Origin: Trypethelium eluteriae
Taxonomy: Eukaryota
Direction: 5' to 3'
NCBI GenBank assembly: GCA_051942245.1
Contig: JAVECL010000041.1
Coordinates: 1 to 64,000, forward strand
Length of the DNA: 64,000 nucleotides
The notes under the pieces were generated by a model. That model was not told where the DNA came from. It saw nothing but the letters and a program-made list of their open reading frames with translations, and made no database searches. The stretch's first letter is position 1. Every line of letters begins with the position of its first letter. Shown here piece after piece: positions 48,600-62,400 of the stretch. A program made the translations under genes and the position numbers.

Positions 48600-51500
48600 C
48601 TTGAGCAATAGGGCCGAACTCCAAGGACCTGTCGAGATGCGATCGATACTATGGAGGGCTGGACACGAAGAGGCTGACCAGGCGATATAGGTGAGACTCG
48701 GTGGCCTTGACTCTCTTGTTCGGATGGACCAAGTGATGAACAGGTGTCTGGAGGTGTGACTAGATCGTTGCGCTGAGTAAGAGCAGTTGACGTCAAAGCC
48801 TTGAAGATAGCTTTTGAAGGATCTGACAATACAGGCTCCTTGGTCTGTAGAATATTTTCTGGATAAAAACAAGGCAAAGGTCGAAAAATTTTGTGGGCAC
48901 GCCAAAAGGTGTGGTGAGGAAAAGTCACATTTTCGTATTCACCACGGTGCAGGCATACATGAACCCAGCCATCACTCATTATGCCCCGGACATTCTACCT
49001 ACTATGGGGGCCTCCTCAGTCACCAAATCCGAGAACAGCTTCTTGCATCGAATGTGGGTTCCTCGGCCTTAACTTCAGGATGGTAGAACATCGTCACAAC
49101 ATCTCCGCATGTGGCACCTACGGACCTATCTTTCAGCATACTGTCCATGCAACTCAAAAAGTATACCTCTCCAATGTATCCCAGAAACTTACATTGTCTT
49201 GTTTTTCTCAGACACAAAGTTAAAGCTGACTTCAGGTTTGCAGATCAATGGGCGGCAGGAGCTCAAAAAGAATTCCGTCATTCTTCGTATCAATGCTGAC
49301 GACGTCATTGAACTGGTTAATGGTGGAGGCTGTCTTGATCATGTCTTCCAGGAGTCGAGATGGTGCCAACGGGCTGCTTTGCAATTCTCGTTTCAAATTG
49401 TCATCCGTCAAGGTCCAGAACATGACAAGCTACCACCATCAGTGTTGCACTTCCCGTAGATATGGATCTGAAAGGCTTGAGCCTAAGGCTCTCTGCCTAT
49501 TATCTATCTTTGGAGTCATTCAAGAGAAGGTCGAGAAGATGGATTTCGACCGGGAGACTCCTCTGAGTATGAAGACTGAGTACGAAGACTGAGACTACTT
49601 CAAGGGCAGAGTGGGAATGCTTCAAGTACAAGGAGTAACTGACTGGAATACCCTACCAATGAGATTGATGCAAAGCGAACTATAAAAGAAGGAGAAGACT
49701 AGGACTGGTGCAAAGCAAGAGACTGAAGACACTGACAAGGAAGCCACGGATTGATCTTATTATGTGGGTTCAAATTCATCAGCTATAACCACATGTCGCT
49801 TGAATGGCCTTCTTGAAGCTTCAGAACTGTCACATAAGGTCGCGCTCCAGTCGCATGATGTCGAAGTTCAGTTCGGGAAGGCATCCTCCAACCTGAGGAG
49901 GCCGCCCTGCCGTCTACAAAGGCCAGCATTCGTCCTCGAAAGCCTGACTCCAAATTAAAAATCCACCATTAAGATTCCAAGCTACCACATTGATATGCTC
50001 AGAATAAGAAATTTTGTCCTGATACTGGGACGCATTTTCAGGGCTTGAGAATCCATCCATCCAATCCATCGACAAAAGGTTACGCGAAAAATCCGAGTTA
50101 TGCAGAAGAACGAGGTTGTAAGCGGCTCCACCTTGCGTGATCGAGAATCTCGTGCTGTTACATTCAATTATTTTAGGTATGGAATGACTATGCTTAATGG
50201 CCAGCGACGGAGCTGTGCTTCTGGCGAACTCGTACTATGTCAGGATTATGGGGTGTACTGGGGGCGGCACTCCTAGATACAGATCTTCCGGAGAACCTCC
50301 TTATCACTATCAAGTCATTTTGAGGGAGTGGAGTGACGGCCCGAGGGTGTCGGAGCTAGCCAAAACCTCACTGAGGACTTCCCGGGTCCCACGGGATAGA
50401 GGTAGGTTCATGATATTCCACAGAACTCTTCTACCATTTAACATTAATCAATTTTATCATAGGCTCTGCGAGGGCCATTCTCTTCCTGTACAGTCTGTCG
50501 GTCAACCTTTCAACATCGAATATGACGTAATTGGAGCGCTCCTAGAAAGGAATATATATTTGCCGGAAATGCTCCGGCATATCCCCTTGGCCGATATATT
50601 TTCATCATGAACTCCAGGCCATTTCGTTCCAACGGCTACACTGGTATTCTATGAATTGTCTGATGTGCCGCCTCTTGCAGCCTGGCGACGTACTTCCCAG
50701 GACCGAAATATAGATCAGACGAGTTCGCCCGACCAGAGCCTCTGAATCCCGGCTGTGAAAGCTTGGCGTCGATCTCTAAATCCCAGCATCAATCTACGAA
50801 AACAATTCTTAGTATTGAGGTTAGGAAAGCTTTCGATGGTGCACAATCGCTCTCTGAACTCCAGCATGAACTACAAAAATACGCCTTAATACTAGAGTTG
50901 GGAAAGCTTTCGAGAGATCTCTGAACCAATTGGAAAAGCTTCTGTGTCTGATGTCGTCCAACTTGAAGACGCTTCTTGCGCACTTTTTGACGCTCGTGAC
51001 TGCTCTGCGATTTTACAACGACCATGACAGCCATAATTCCGGATCCTCTGCATCTCTGAACATCTTCCAATCGACACTGATCTGATACTATCCGATACTG
51101 AGCCCGTCCACAATGGTTCCACCACTGACACCTGGAAAAGTCACGGCCAGTAGACTATCGAGTACCTGACAGCCAGAGTTCACCAGAAGCAGAGGATTAA
51201 TTATCCCATAGGATCACGATAATCGGTGATTCGCACATTCCCGTGACCTGCTGAATCAGATTGGAGTCAGACCTGGGCGCTGACGCGAACCAACGCCCCA
51301 TGTAGAGCTAGGAATCACGCAACTCAGGTGCCCTCTGTAGTCTGTTCATCAGGCTGCGAGCTGTACGAAAACACCAGTACCTACGGGAGTAAACTCTGAG
51401 TCGATGTTTCAAGCTGTGGAGATACGCCAGTATAATTTTTGCTCTATCCAGTGAATGTGCGCTCCACAAGAAAAGAGGCCTTGAATCACGACCGGGTATC

Positions 51501-52598
51501 TCCTCGAGCTTGACGTGGATTTGAACGCGCTCCGCTAGGTTGTGACGAGATAATAAGCCGGACAATCTGTGCAATCCAATACCCCTCCCTCCGAAGACAA
51601 GAGTGGAGCTTGGGTAGGGCTTTAAGACGTTCCGCTAGTCTCGTCGCCCTGAGTAACGCTGTCTAACGTCTCTCTGTAGTCTATCTTTACCCTGGCTAGA
51701 GCGAAAGGAATGATTTGAGCTATCTTATCTTTGCAGAAGCTTGCCTTCATGAAGGGTATAGCGGGGGGGAGCAGGAACACCTCTTTACTGTGAATTGGGA
51801 ACGCTGTCGACAGCCATGGTTAAGCCTTGTGTTATCGAGATGAGGACGTTGTAAAGTAAACTGTCCCAGAGCTTGGAGATTGGTTAGCTTGTCTGTTGTT
51901 TCTCTATTCTGCTGGCGATTAGCACGTACGTCTCGACGCTGCCTGTGCCTTGGTATGCCACACGAGAGTGCCTACCAAGGCCTACTACTCGCCTTGATGG
52001 AATGTCACCTGCGGTGGGGTTCGCCGGATTGCCATCGACATATTTCTCCCTTCCCTCAGAAGAAAGGGCAGGCGATTGGCCTCAGCAAGACGAAGTAAGC
52101 GAAGTACATCCCTAACCCTTACCAGCCATTTTCCTTGAAATCTGTCAGACATAGGTCAACGATTCTATCTTCGGGAATCCGTCCACAGACCTTCATCGAT
52201 GGCGACTATGGTTTGGTTGAGTCGCCAGGAAGGGCGAAACAAGAGATGGATCCTGGGGGGGAAAGTGTGTTTCGAACTCTCATATGGATGTACTGAAGAT
52301 GTCATACACGTAGCGACAATTGATCCTCGTAGAATGCATTTTGGCAAGCAAGGCATATCGGCTTTCCGACAATAGACTTGAAGGTTGCGTTTGGTTGATG
52401 AGAAGGTCAAGCCGAGTGAGAGAGCCTGTAACATTAGACGGAGGTGCGTTTAGCTCAGATATAGTTTCAATGGACTGATCTGACAAGATGAATTGAAATT
52501 GGGTTTTGAGAAAAATGCAATGCTTTTGTGTCCCAAATTCATCCAATGCAATCTAGCTCATAACATTCTCATGACCCAGAACGCCACAGATGCGCATG

Positions 52599-54385
52599 CT
52601 ACTCTAGAAATGTGAAGAGATTCGTGTGGACAATGTTCAGAGCCCGATCTGCTTCGCGCTCCTCAATAACGCAAGATATGTTGATCTCACTCGCTCCTAA
52701 TCAAAGAGTCTCGTTAGCACTGAACCAGAACATGCTCGAAGAAATATATGTCACCCACCCTGTGAAATCATTTCAATATTGATGTTATTCTCCCCCAACG
52801 TGCTGAAGAATCTACCACTAATACCAACCATATTCTTCAATTGCCTTCCCACCAGGCTCACAATCGCCATATTCGGCACCAGATCCACAGTGCCGTATTG
52901 ACGTAAATCAGTGACCGCGCCGTGGAGATCTTCGTCCTGGATACGCAACTCCTCTGCACCACCTCCGCTCAGCATGGCGACTTCGGAATGCAAGGCCATG
53001 GAGACATGCACCTCTGAGCTCGATATGAGATCGACAGAAAGATGCCACTTATCGAGCACCGAGAAAATACCCATCAGGAAGCCATGGGAGCGCGTGCGCT
53101 TGTTGGAGTGCACGTTCAACACCACAATTTGGCGCTTGATTGTGACGGCGGTCGGCCGCTTCGGGCGTTGTAATTGCTGTATGGTGGGGACGCTACTAGC
53201 AGAGCGATGGCGGAAGAGGCGCGGATCACGAAGAGGCGCGTTGGAGTTGATCTCCTCGGGGGTTTCGGGGAAGATGATGGTGCCGTTGTTGCGCGGGTTC
53301 ATCACGTTTTTGATGCGGATGGGAATACGCGCCCGGATGGCCTGCTCCATAGTGAGGTGATGAATGACCTCGGACCCATAGAAAGTAAGCTCAGCGGCTT
53401 CAGATGGAGTGACTGAGGAGAGAAGACGGGCAGTGGGCACCCGGCGCGGGTCTGCCGTGAAGATACCGTCGACTTCTTTCCAGACCTGAAGCTCTTTGGC
53501 GGCGAGCCCTACAGCGATGAGGCCTGCGCAGAGATCAGTATAACCGCGGCCAATGGTATTGAGGAGCCCCCCAGGAAAGTCGCCAAAGTAGCCGGTGATG
53601 ACTGGAACCTTGTCGCCACATTCGTAGACTTTTTCCGCTAGAGCGTGCGCAACGGACTCATAGAATTGCTCATCCAAGCCCTTGCCTGGAGACCTGGGTG
53701 GAATGACGGTAGCAAGATCCAGGTATTGAGCATTGACTCCCTGATCTTGCAACACGGCGGTCATAAACTGGCAGCTCAGCTTCTCGCCCTCGCTGACGAT
53801 GCTGTCCTCAATCAAAGCAATGATACCCTTAGAACTGATGCCTTCTAAATGTTGTGCAGACTCCAAGATCTTAACCAGGCTTTTGCACTCATCGTTGACT
53901 GCATCCGTAAAGCGCCCCAGGATATCTGTAGACCGAATAACATCCTGCGCCGCTTCTATATGATCTTTGCGAATTATTTCGACGATGCTCTCGTAACGTG
54001 TTGTGGATGCTTTCTTTTCCGCCTCTCGGGCAGCACGTAGCAACCTATTCGTGGTGCCTTCACTTTTCGTATGGCTGCTGCGGGCGGAGCAAACAACGGC
54101 AATTCGGCTCGAGGAGAGACCTACTCTAAGGGTACTCAGTGCCAACTCATATGTGGAGTTAGGATGGGAGAGCATACTGCACAATGTCTGCTATATTGAG
54201 TGGCTTCTTGCCTACCTATTGTTTGTCAATTGCTTACTCTTCGGATTGAAAGTTTGGGGCTGTTATACACTCGTGCCGCCAAATTTTTGGACAATCCATC
54301 CGCCCGGTAGGTTTTTCTCCTGTTTGTGAGGTATTAAATTGGCAATGCCAGCGGTGTGGCCGTTGGTGAAGGACTCGACACCCAT
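52599..54385 (-). CDS. hom3: Aspartate kinase (4 exons, including a 38-nt exon at 54178-54215)
   Basis: WIVQKFGGTS|VGK, GRGYTDL, WKEVDGIFTADPR, EAAELTFYGSEVIH, two ACT domains, EMISQG|ASEINISCVI. Confidence 0.96.
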
Positions 54386-54387
54386 AG

Positions 54388-54393
54388 TGACTC
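54388..54393. promoter_or_regulatory. Possible Gcn4/CpcA response element (TGACTC) beside the aspartate kinase start; variant TGCGTCA at 54463-54469
   Basis: Motif match next to an amino-acid biosynthesis gene; short motif, could be chance. Confidence 0.3.
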
Positions 54394-55125
54394 TGACAGA
54401 CAAAAATGAAGATCTGGACAGAAGCGCAAACAGTGGCCGAGGGGCAGAACTATTAGGCAGTATGCGTCACACTCCATCACTCTAGCCAGGCCCGAGGCCA
54501 TGGAAAATTGCGACAACTGATTTAAACCCATTATGGACTATTTAGCCGCAACACCGGAGGTTTGCGGATTGTTCGGCATAACGCTGGCAAGAAGCATGCG
54601 GGTGAAGTTTACCTATCTAAGACAGACCTATGAGGCCAAATAGAAGAGAACAACAAACATCAATCAGATCAGACGAAAGCTTCTCATTCTCCCAACCTTG
54701 TTGATCTAGCTCACATAGAACGAGGAATTCCCAAATAATGTCAGCCGAATAATCTAAAGCCCTTCGGAATTCTTGCCTTCGCAACTCTCTACTAGAGCTT
54801 ACTATGAAGAAGTAATATACTATGGGATTGCGAATACAATAAATGCCGCATTAGATTTTGTGTATCGTACTGCCTGAATGGTATCTAAATCAGGTAACAA
54901 GCAAGTCTAAACTTGGGCAGTATGGCATAGCAAAAACAACCCACATCACAGACCCATCCGACTCCCATGCCCAGAGGTATAGCCGTGAACGCCTTGCCAT
55001 GCTTACCCATCATATCCCTATTCCATCCCTTCCTGCAAAAATCAGCAGATAACCCAGGTGCCGCACAAATAATTCAGGACCCAAAGTGCCCCTACCCAAA
55101 CGCCTTCCGGTACCATCATAAAGCC

Positions 55126-56871
55126 TCATCGCCGATAAAGATCCCGCTCACGATCTCGAAGCCGTTCCCGATGCTCGCCTCGATCGGGGCTCCGACTGCG
55201 CGTCCTCCTCCTATCACGATCTCCATAGTCCAAACTGTTCCTCCGGGGTCCGCCCTCACGGTCTCGCTCTCGGTCTCGATAGTCGCGATCCCTCGGCGCC
55301 CGATCATCCCAGACACCGCCACTGCGCTCATCTCGTGGTCGCTGCTGTCCATGGGCGGCGGAATAGGACGGAATGTACGTGTCCTTGTTTGATGCTCGTG
55401 CGGGAGGTGGTGCACGTGGGAGGGGATGTCGCATGTCTGGTGGCGGAGGCGGCAACTCGCTGCTGTGGCCGTGTCGTGGAGGAGGACCTTGTTGCCATCC
55501 TGGCCGACGCGCGGGCTGTCCGCCTGGTGGAGGCACTCGATTATCATAGGGAGGAGGGCGATGCGGAACGGGTGGACCTGTCCCTGGCGGACCTCTGTCT
55601 TGCGCATAGCCTGAGCCTCGTGTCGGTCGCTCGCTTCCGTTCATGTACCCACCATTAGGAGGCCCCGATCCGATCCACTCCCCGTTCTGGCCCATTCCAA
55701 CGGAGCCCCCGGCGGGAGCGGGAGGAAGGGCTTTGCGATCTCGAAATTTCCTTCGATCGAGTTCATGCGATTCTTCAAATCTCGGGATTTCCTCTGGCCG
55801 AGCGGGCTTTGGGTGTGTCTTGAAATAAGGATGTTGGAGGGCGTCGATCGCGTTGATTCTTTTCCGCCAGTCGAGTTTGAGCAGCTGTGTAAGGAGGTTG
55901 ATGGCCTGCGGAGATTGGCTGAAGCACCTTTGTCAGCATGAATAAAGATAGTGGTATTAAGCGATGAGTGTGACATACTCCCTGAACACTTGCGCAAGAT
56001 TGCCTTGTCGTGGCGCAAATGATCTTACTCCTTCGCAACCCGGCAGCTGGCTCCAGCCCGGCATATTGTCCTCCGTTGGCGATCCCACAAGATCAAAGAT
56101 AATTTGTGCTTGGTTGAGGTCGGTCGTCCCAGAAAGAATCGGCTTCCGTTTAAACATTTCTCCAAAGACACAGCCCACGCCCCACATGTCAATGGCCGTG
56201 GTATACCGGCGCAACTGCAGCAGCAGCTCTGGAGGGCGATACCAGCGTGTCACCACAAGAGTTGTGTAGTCTCGTTTCGCTTCACCCCCACCTCGACCAG
56301 GCTGCGGAACGGATTCGTCGTAATGTCTTGCAAGACCAAAGTCTGCAATTTGCAACTTTCCCTGATTGTTGATTAGGAGGTTGGCGGCTTTCATATCGCG
56401 ATGTAGTATATGGCTCTCATGTAGATATCGCAGGCCCTCAAGGAGTTGCATCATGTAGCACTTGATTTGCGGCTCGGTGAAATGGACAGCGGGATTTTCC
56501 AGAAGACCTGACAAATCGTGATCCATGTAGGGCGTGACCATGTATAAGATAGCCTTCTTACGTCCTTCTCCCTTGCGTTCGACTGCCATCTCTTCCAGCT
56601 GCAGGACGTTCGGATGTGACAGCATTTTCAGCAGCTTGATTTCCCGGAGAGCCGTGATTGGAAACCCATCTTTTTCATTGTGCATTAAGATTTTCTTCAA
56701 CGCGAAAACAGCGTTTGTCCTTCGTGCTCTTGCCTTGTGAACCTCGCCAAAAGTTCCTTCGCCCAGTTTTTGTAGAATCTCATATTCCCGAATGCTCGAG
56801 CAGCCCTGAAATCGTCTGGTGGATATGGACGCCACGTCGCCATCTCGGCGCGCAGGTGATGGTTGCGACAT
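55126..56871 (-). CDS. bur1: CDK9-like CTD kinase BUR1/SGV1 (2 exons) with Pro-rich and RD/RS-rich tail
   Basis: [50 protein letters not shown]; one intron near 55920-55978 joins to SHELDRRKF and the tail. Confidence 0.95.
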
Positions 56872-57858
56872 GTTGAGGTAGCTGGTGTACGAGCTGCGCT
56901 AGAATGCGTCCTTTCCCCTCTAAGGCGCAGCCTCTATTCAACAAATTACCGTCAGAGAGAGGCGGACCGGTTCCTTGAAGGCGTTCATGAGTAGGGCGCG
57001 GAAGTTGGAGGAGAGCAAAGATGGACTGCTTGCGGGAGGAAGGATATACGAATAGAATAGAGGTGCGCGTGATGAATCGGAGAGTGTGGCTGGCAGTGAT
57101 GGTCGTTTGCTCGGAGTAGACAATAGGTGCCGGGTGATTGAGGTTGGAAGAATACTAAGGTACGGTGGTACCTTGCTCGCCGTCAATACCTAGAATCCAG
57201 AGCAGAGGCGGCTGGACCCTGGCACGCCTGGCCCTGGCGTGCATGGGTACCGCGGCTTTGCTCCGCTGAATGACCGACTTCTCTCGCCCTGGCAAGCTCG
57301 CCGACATCTCTCCACGTGAATCGTGGAGCGTTAAGGTTATCCCCCAAATACAAAGGTATTCGTCTGACTGTCTCTGGCTGGAGACTTCCAGAGCAGAATT
57401 GCAGCTGACGTGACAGACTTCATTCCACAATGCCGGCTCCGAACCTTGGCCCCAAGGGCCATCATCCCGTCCACATCCATCCACCGCGCCCGCTCTACAG
57501 ATACTCGGCTACTCTGCTAGGCGCCAGCATGTGGTTCTTCGTATGTCTTGTATCGTCTTTGGGCGAAAAATTGTTCCGCTGACATGAGCAGTTGATGTAT
57601 CGCGCGAAGCAGGACGGGCCCGCACTCATCGGCTTGAAACACCCATGGGATCATTGAGAAGGAGCAACAATTCCAATCAAAAGAATTCCGCAACAAGTTT
57701 TCAAGATGAGCATGGAAGTCCAGCTGCAGGAAAGCTGTTATTGTACATATCACTCAATCCATGGGGGCCTAGGGGGTTGCCCGATTCAAATGACCGGGTT
57801 CAATTATCACCACGGATAGCAAGCGTTGTTAATGTCTTCGCCGACTAAGGTCTCAAAG

Positions 57859-59052
57859 CTACTTCTCGGCTTTCTCGAATAGATAATGGGAGACTCCCCA
57901 TGTGTCTCCACCTTGGAATGCAAACAATTCCGCACACGCCATGTAAAAGATTTGCCATCTATAAAACCATCGTGCAGCATCATCCTTGCCATACGTCTCC
58001 TCGAGATGTGGCCAAATCTCCTGTTTGCTCGCGGTCATTTTCAACAGCCAGTCCTACGATCTCTGTTAAAGCTGTGGGAGTGCAAAGAATGAAGAAGGAA
58101 CCGTACCTCACAAGTTTTAGCATAGTTCTTGCCATTGACCCACCACTGCTGCAACAGCGCTAGATCCCGCTGAAAGTACAGCAGCAGATCAGCAGATGGC
58201 ATTGTGCCGCCAGTGAAGAAGTGAGTTGTCATCCAACCACCTTCAAAGTCGTACGGCATGTTGCAATGGGAGAAGATGTGCACAAACAGCTTGCCGCCTG
58301 GTTTCAGCGCTCGCGCGACCTTGGCCATGAGGAGCTCATAGTTTTTCATGTGCTCGAAAAGCTCGATTGATACGACGCGGTCGAAGCTGGAGGGGGGGAA
58401 TTCGTAATCAACAACATTACCAGTAATGACAGTGAGGTTTTGAAGACCTTTGGCTTTTGCTTGTGCATCAATGTACTCCTTCTGTGTACGTGAATTCGAG
58501 AATGCCGTGACTTCAGATTTTGGTAAGACTTCTGCAAAGTAGAGCGATGCTGAGCCCCAGCCGCAACTATCGGAGTCGTTAGTAATTTGAGCAACGAAAG
58601 TGAAGAGCGCCGTGCGAGTACCCTAGATCTAAAATGCTCTGGCCGTCCTTCAGCTGAGCTTTCTCAAGATATGATTCAAGCATTGCGATCTCCGCTTGTG
58701 CTAATGTCTCGGATTCTTTGGGATAGAGACAGCTCGAATACTTCATCCTAGGACCAAGACAAGCCTGAAGCACACCAGTCCCAACCTCGTAGTGCTGCTC
58801 GTTGGCCGCTGCTGTCTCGATCGCAATTGGTCTCGAACGTAGAGCTTTGACATACGCCATCTTCTGTTTGAGACTTTCTTCCATGGATGTCTGCTGTATC
58901 ATGGAGATTCGCTGCTGCAGCTGTCGCCGTATGCCTACTCGAATCACCGCGTGAGGTAGCCATCCACTGTCGAGGACACGATCTTGGAACTCGTCTGTCA
59001 TCCGATTAGTATGCCTAATATGAGAAGGTTCGTTCATTCTACCGTAGTTCAT
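57859..59052 (-). CDS. SAM-dependent methyltransferase, CMAS / coclaurine N-methyltransferase-like (4 exons)
   Basis: [64 protein letters not shown]. Confidence 0.92.
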
Positions 59053-59401
59053 TTTGATTATTTCAAAGGCGCTTCCAAGCAGTGCTAGTTTTGTGGATAG
59101 ATATTGCAGCCCGCGTAAAAGCGAAGTAGTACTAAGATTTAGAGGGTAAATTATAAATAAAGCTACATATTTGTATGTATCTGCAATCTACGTTTTTAGC
59201 AGAAAAACATCTCTCTTGAACTGTGCAAATCGGGCGGATCGCAATGGATGCAAGCCAAATTCTATCCTGTCTCAGTTTCTGCGACAAAAGGTGGACGAGA
59301 TCAAGGCTCCGGCGACGTCGCAATGCTAGACGGGTTTCACAATCTGGCAATATACAAAGATTGGGAAAAATTCTTAAATATCAAGACGTTCTATAGCTTA
59401 T

Positions 59402-62400
59402 CTATATGCGCATGTTTTCGAACACAACCTTGTACTCTTTCCGCTTTTTTCGTTGTTTTGGCCAAAGCCGTGCTTGCACGCTGCCAATCCATCGAGCCAT
59501 CGCTGGAAATACGAATTTCTCCGTTCCATAAGCACATGCAAACCATCCTACAGCTAGGACCAGTACGAAGATCTTAAAGTTGTTCGAGATGTTTGTTAGA
59601 TCCATGAATCTGAGGACCGCAGGTGCAGGATCCAAGAGCAAGTACAAAGAAATCAAGAGAGTAACAACGATGGCGATGACGAATGGAACTGGCAAAAATA
59701 TTAGCTGCTTGTTAGGTATTGCGTCGCTAGGAGTGTGCTTACGATTATGTGCCATCGACCGGCGGAACGGAGGTCCAACACTTAAGACGATCGCTGCAAG
59801 AATGTACATGAAGCACGACATGAGAAACAGCGCACTATTCTCCGAGTTCTTTGCGCCTGAATGATTCTTGTGTACTTTTGGTGGAATATACCTGAATCCT
59901 CTTAACACCGATTGAAGTGCCGTTGGGGTAAGGGAGACATACCATGACTGTTGTCGAACAGCAACGAATGCCACTGCTTGTACTAGAATGCTGATGATGA
60001 TCTGGCCGAGAAGTGGCGTGAGAACTTTACGGGAGACAAGACTAGCTGTAGGTCTTTTTTGAGACAAGATCGGATAGGCTCCAGTCCAACCCACTGGATG
60101 CGGTTAGAATTTTTCGACGATGACGCCCATGGAACTTACTAAAAATCGCGAGTGGTAAAATTAGGATCAAGTCAATGTACAAGAACTATTATCCATGATT
60201 AGCTAACGTTGAAGGGAGGTAGACTAAGCCTTGATATACCTGAAAATCTCCGAGGTTGGATGCGAAAGCGTACAGAAAGCTGACAGACGTGAATTGTATA
60301 GCCGAGTACAAGCTCATGTACTTGAAGCAGCTGAAACTGGTGACGAGCGCCGCACGTCCCTCCCTGGAAGCAATCAGAATCATTTGTACAGTCCAGGCAG
60401 ATCGCGGAAGACTCACCGAATGACTTCAGGCACACAAGAAATGTCGAAAACCCTGCTCGTGAATGGCGCAGCGACAGAAGCTTCGGCTTCTGAGAGCGAA
60501 ATACCCACGTCAGCTGCTTTGAGCGCACCACAGTCATTGGCACCGTCTCCGCAGAAGCCACAGCAGTAATCGATGCTTTGCAATTTTTCCACCAACTCAT
60601 GCTTCTCATCTGGAGACATTCGAGCAAAAACTTGACCGCGCACGAGCATTCTCTTGAGGACTCGATCTGAAGCATAGTCGATGATCCAACGGAACACATC
60701 ACCGGTAACAGCGATGGAATAGTTGCGTAGATTGGAAATGTCGTATGGCAATGAAGCATCATGATCCACCGGCGGTGGCCGTGGCTCCAAGGTATATTCG
60801 TCCAATTGAAAAACTGGGTTATCTACGCTCTCCCAGGTCAGTTTTGCTAGCGGAGTCCGAGAATCACCTTCGACGAAGTGAGGCACGAAACAATGCGCTG
60901 TCCTATCAATGAGAGTGCACTCCCGAGCCACGCTTATGGCAGTCAAAATATTGTCACCGGTGCACATAATCTTGCGAATGTTGGCATCTCCGAGTTCCTG
61001 GATGACGCCCGTACTCGTAGGTTTGAGCTTATTCTCAAAAACAATGAATCCAACAAACTCGAGATCTGACTCGGCGTCGGCTCGCTTCATCTTTTGTATC
61101 TTCAGCCAGGTCATCTTCGAAAAGCTCTTAGTTGCACAAGCAATGACCCGGTAGCCTCGATGAGTATAGAAGCCCAGAAGCTCTTCGTAATCCTCAGGGA
61201 AGCTTTCCGGCCGGCATATATCAGCCATGCATTCTGGAGCACCTTTGACAAAGACGTCAGCACCCGCCGACTGGTATTGTCGAACTACGACACTAGCACG
61301 TCTCAAGTGCGGGACAAATTCGAAATTCTTCAAAACGCCCAGCTCAAGTATTTTATCGCCGCTTTCATCGTTACCGTCACTTAGACAGTACTCCATGCCT
61401 GGCGGAGGTCTTGCAATAGAGGGTGCTAGACTGCTCGGTTCATCATCGTCGCCTGCACCAGATCTTTGCTCTCCTTCCTCAAATTGCCAACCAGTGAATT
61501 GAAACATCTTGACATCCAATGGATCACCCACGAGCTCGTCATCTACAGAACGGAGAGAATGGCAGGTGGCCATTGTGTACAACATAGCTTGGTGAGCTCG
61601 GTAGTCTATTGTGGGGTCACGTTCGTACAGCGCGCTGGGCAAGACGGAAAGAGGATCTTGTAAAATGTCACTGAATCGACCGGAAGGCCTCTGCACCACT
61701 CGAAGGCCCAAGACATCAAGTCCATCTTCGGTGAGCGTCCCTGTCTTATCAAAGCAGATAACATCCAGTCTGCCACCAACGTTAATTCTTTGAGGGCTGA
61801 TACAGAAGATCTGGCGTTTCTTAAGACGTGACAGCGCGAAATTCATTCCGATGGTCAGTGTTGCAGGAAGTGCAGGTGGTACGACAATCGTGATCAGGTC
61901 CAGCGCTCTGACAATAATGAGATGTGGTGCCAGACCAAGGCGTATGAAGTTGATGAGGGATACGATGAAGCCAATTGCAGCAATGAGAGCCATGACCGAT
62001 ATGTAACGAAATGAGTCGCGGTAGAACTTGAATCCAGAAGGCTTGGGAAACAGCATGGATCGAACGAGGGCACCTTTCGTGGTATTAAATCCAGTCCTGA
62101 CAACCATGGCCAATGCTGCCGCCTGGTCGTCCTTATCATCCTGTGGTCGCCTGGCTCTCACAATCTTGGTCCCGCTGAAAAGCATGTGCTTTGCAACCTC
62201 AGGATGCATTGACGAGGCGCTTAGGTTAAGCAGGTCAAGAGCGTCATTCGTCGCAGGAATCTTAGTGACTGGTACAGATTCGCCAGTGAGCATACTTTCA
62301 TTCACGATGCAATCTCCCGACAGCAGGAGACTATCACACGGGAATTGGGTCAGAGATGGGTCGGTAATCTCGTAGACGTCACCTGGAACAAGATCGCCAG

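Noticed and set aside
51690..51715. GCGAAAGGA resembling the 3' end of a fungal TPP riboswitch
   Set aside because: The upstream CTGAGA and GATAATACCAG elements are missing and no thiamine gene is adjacent
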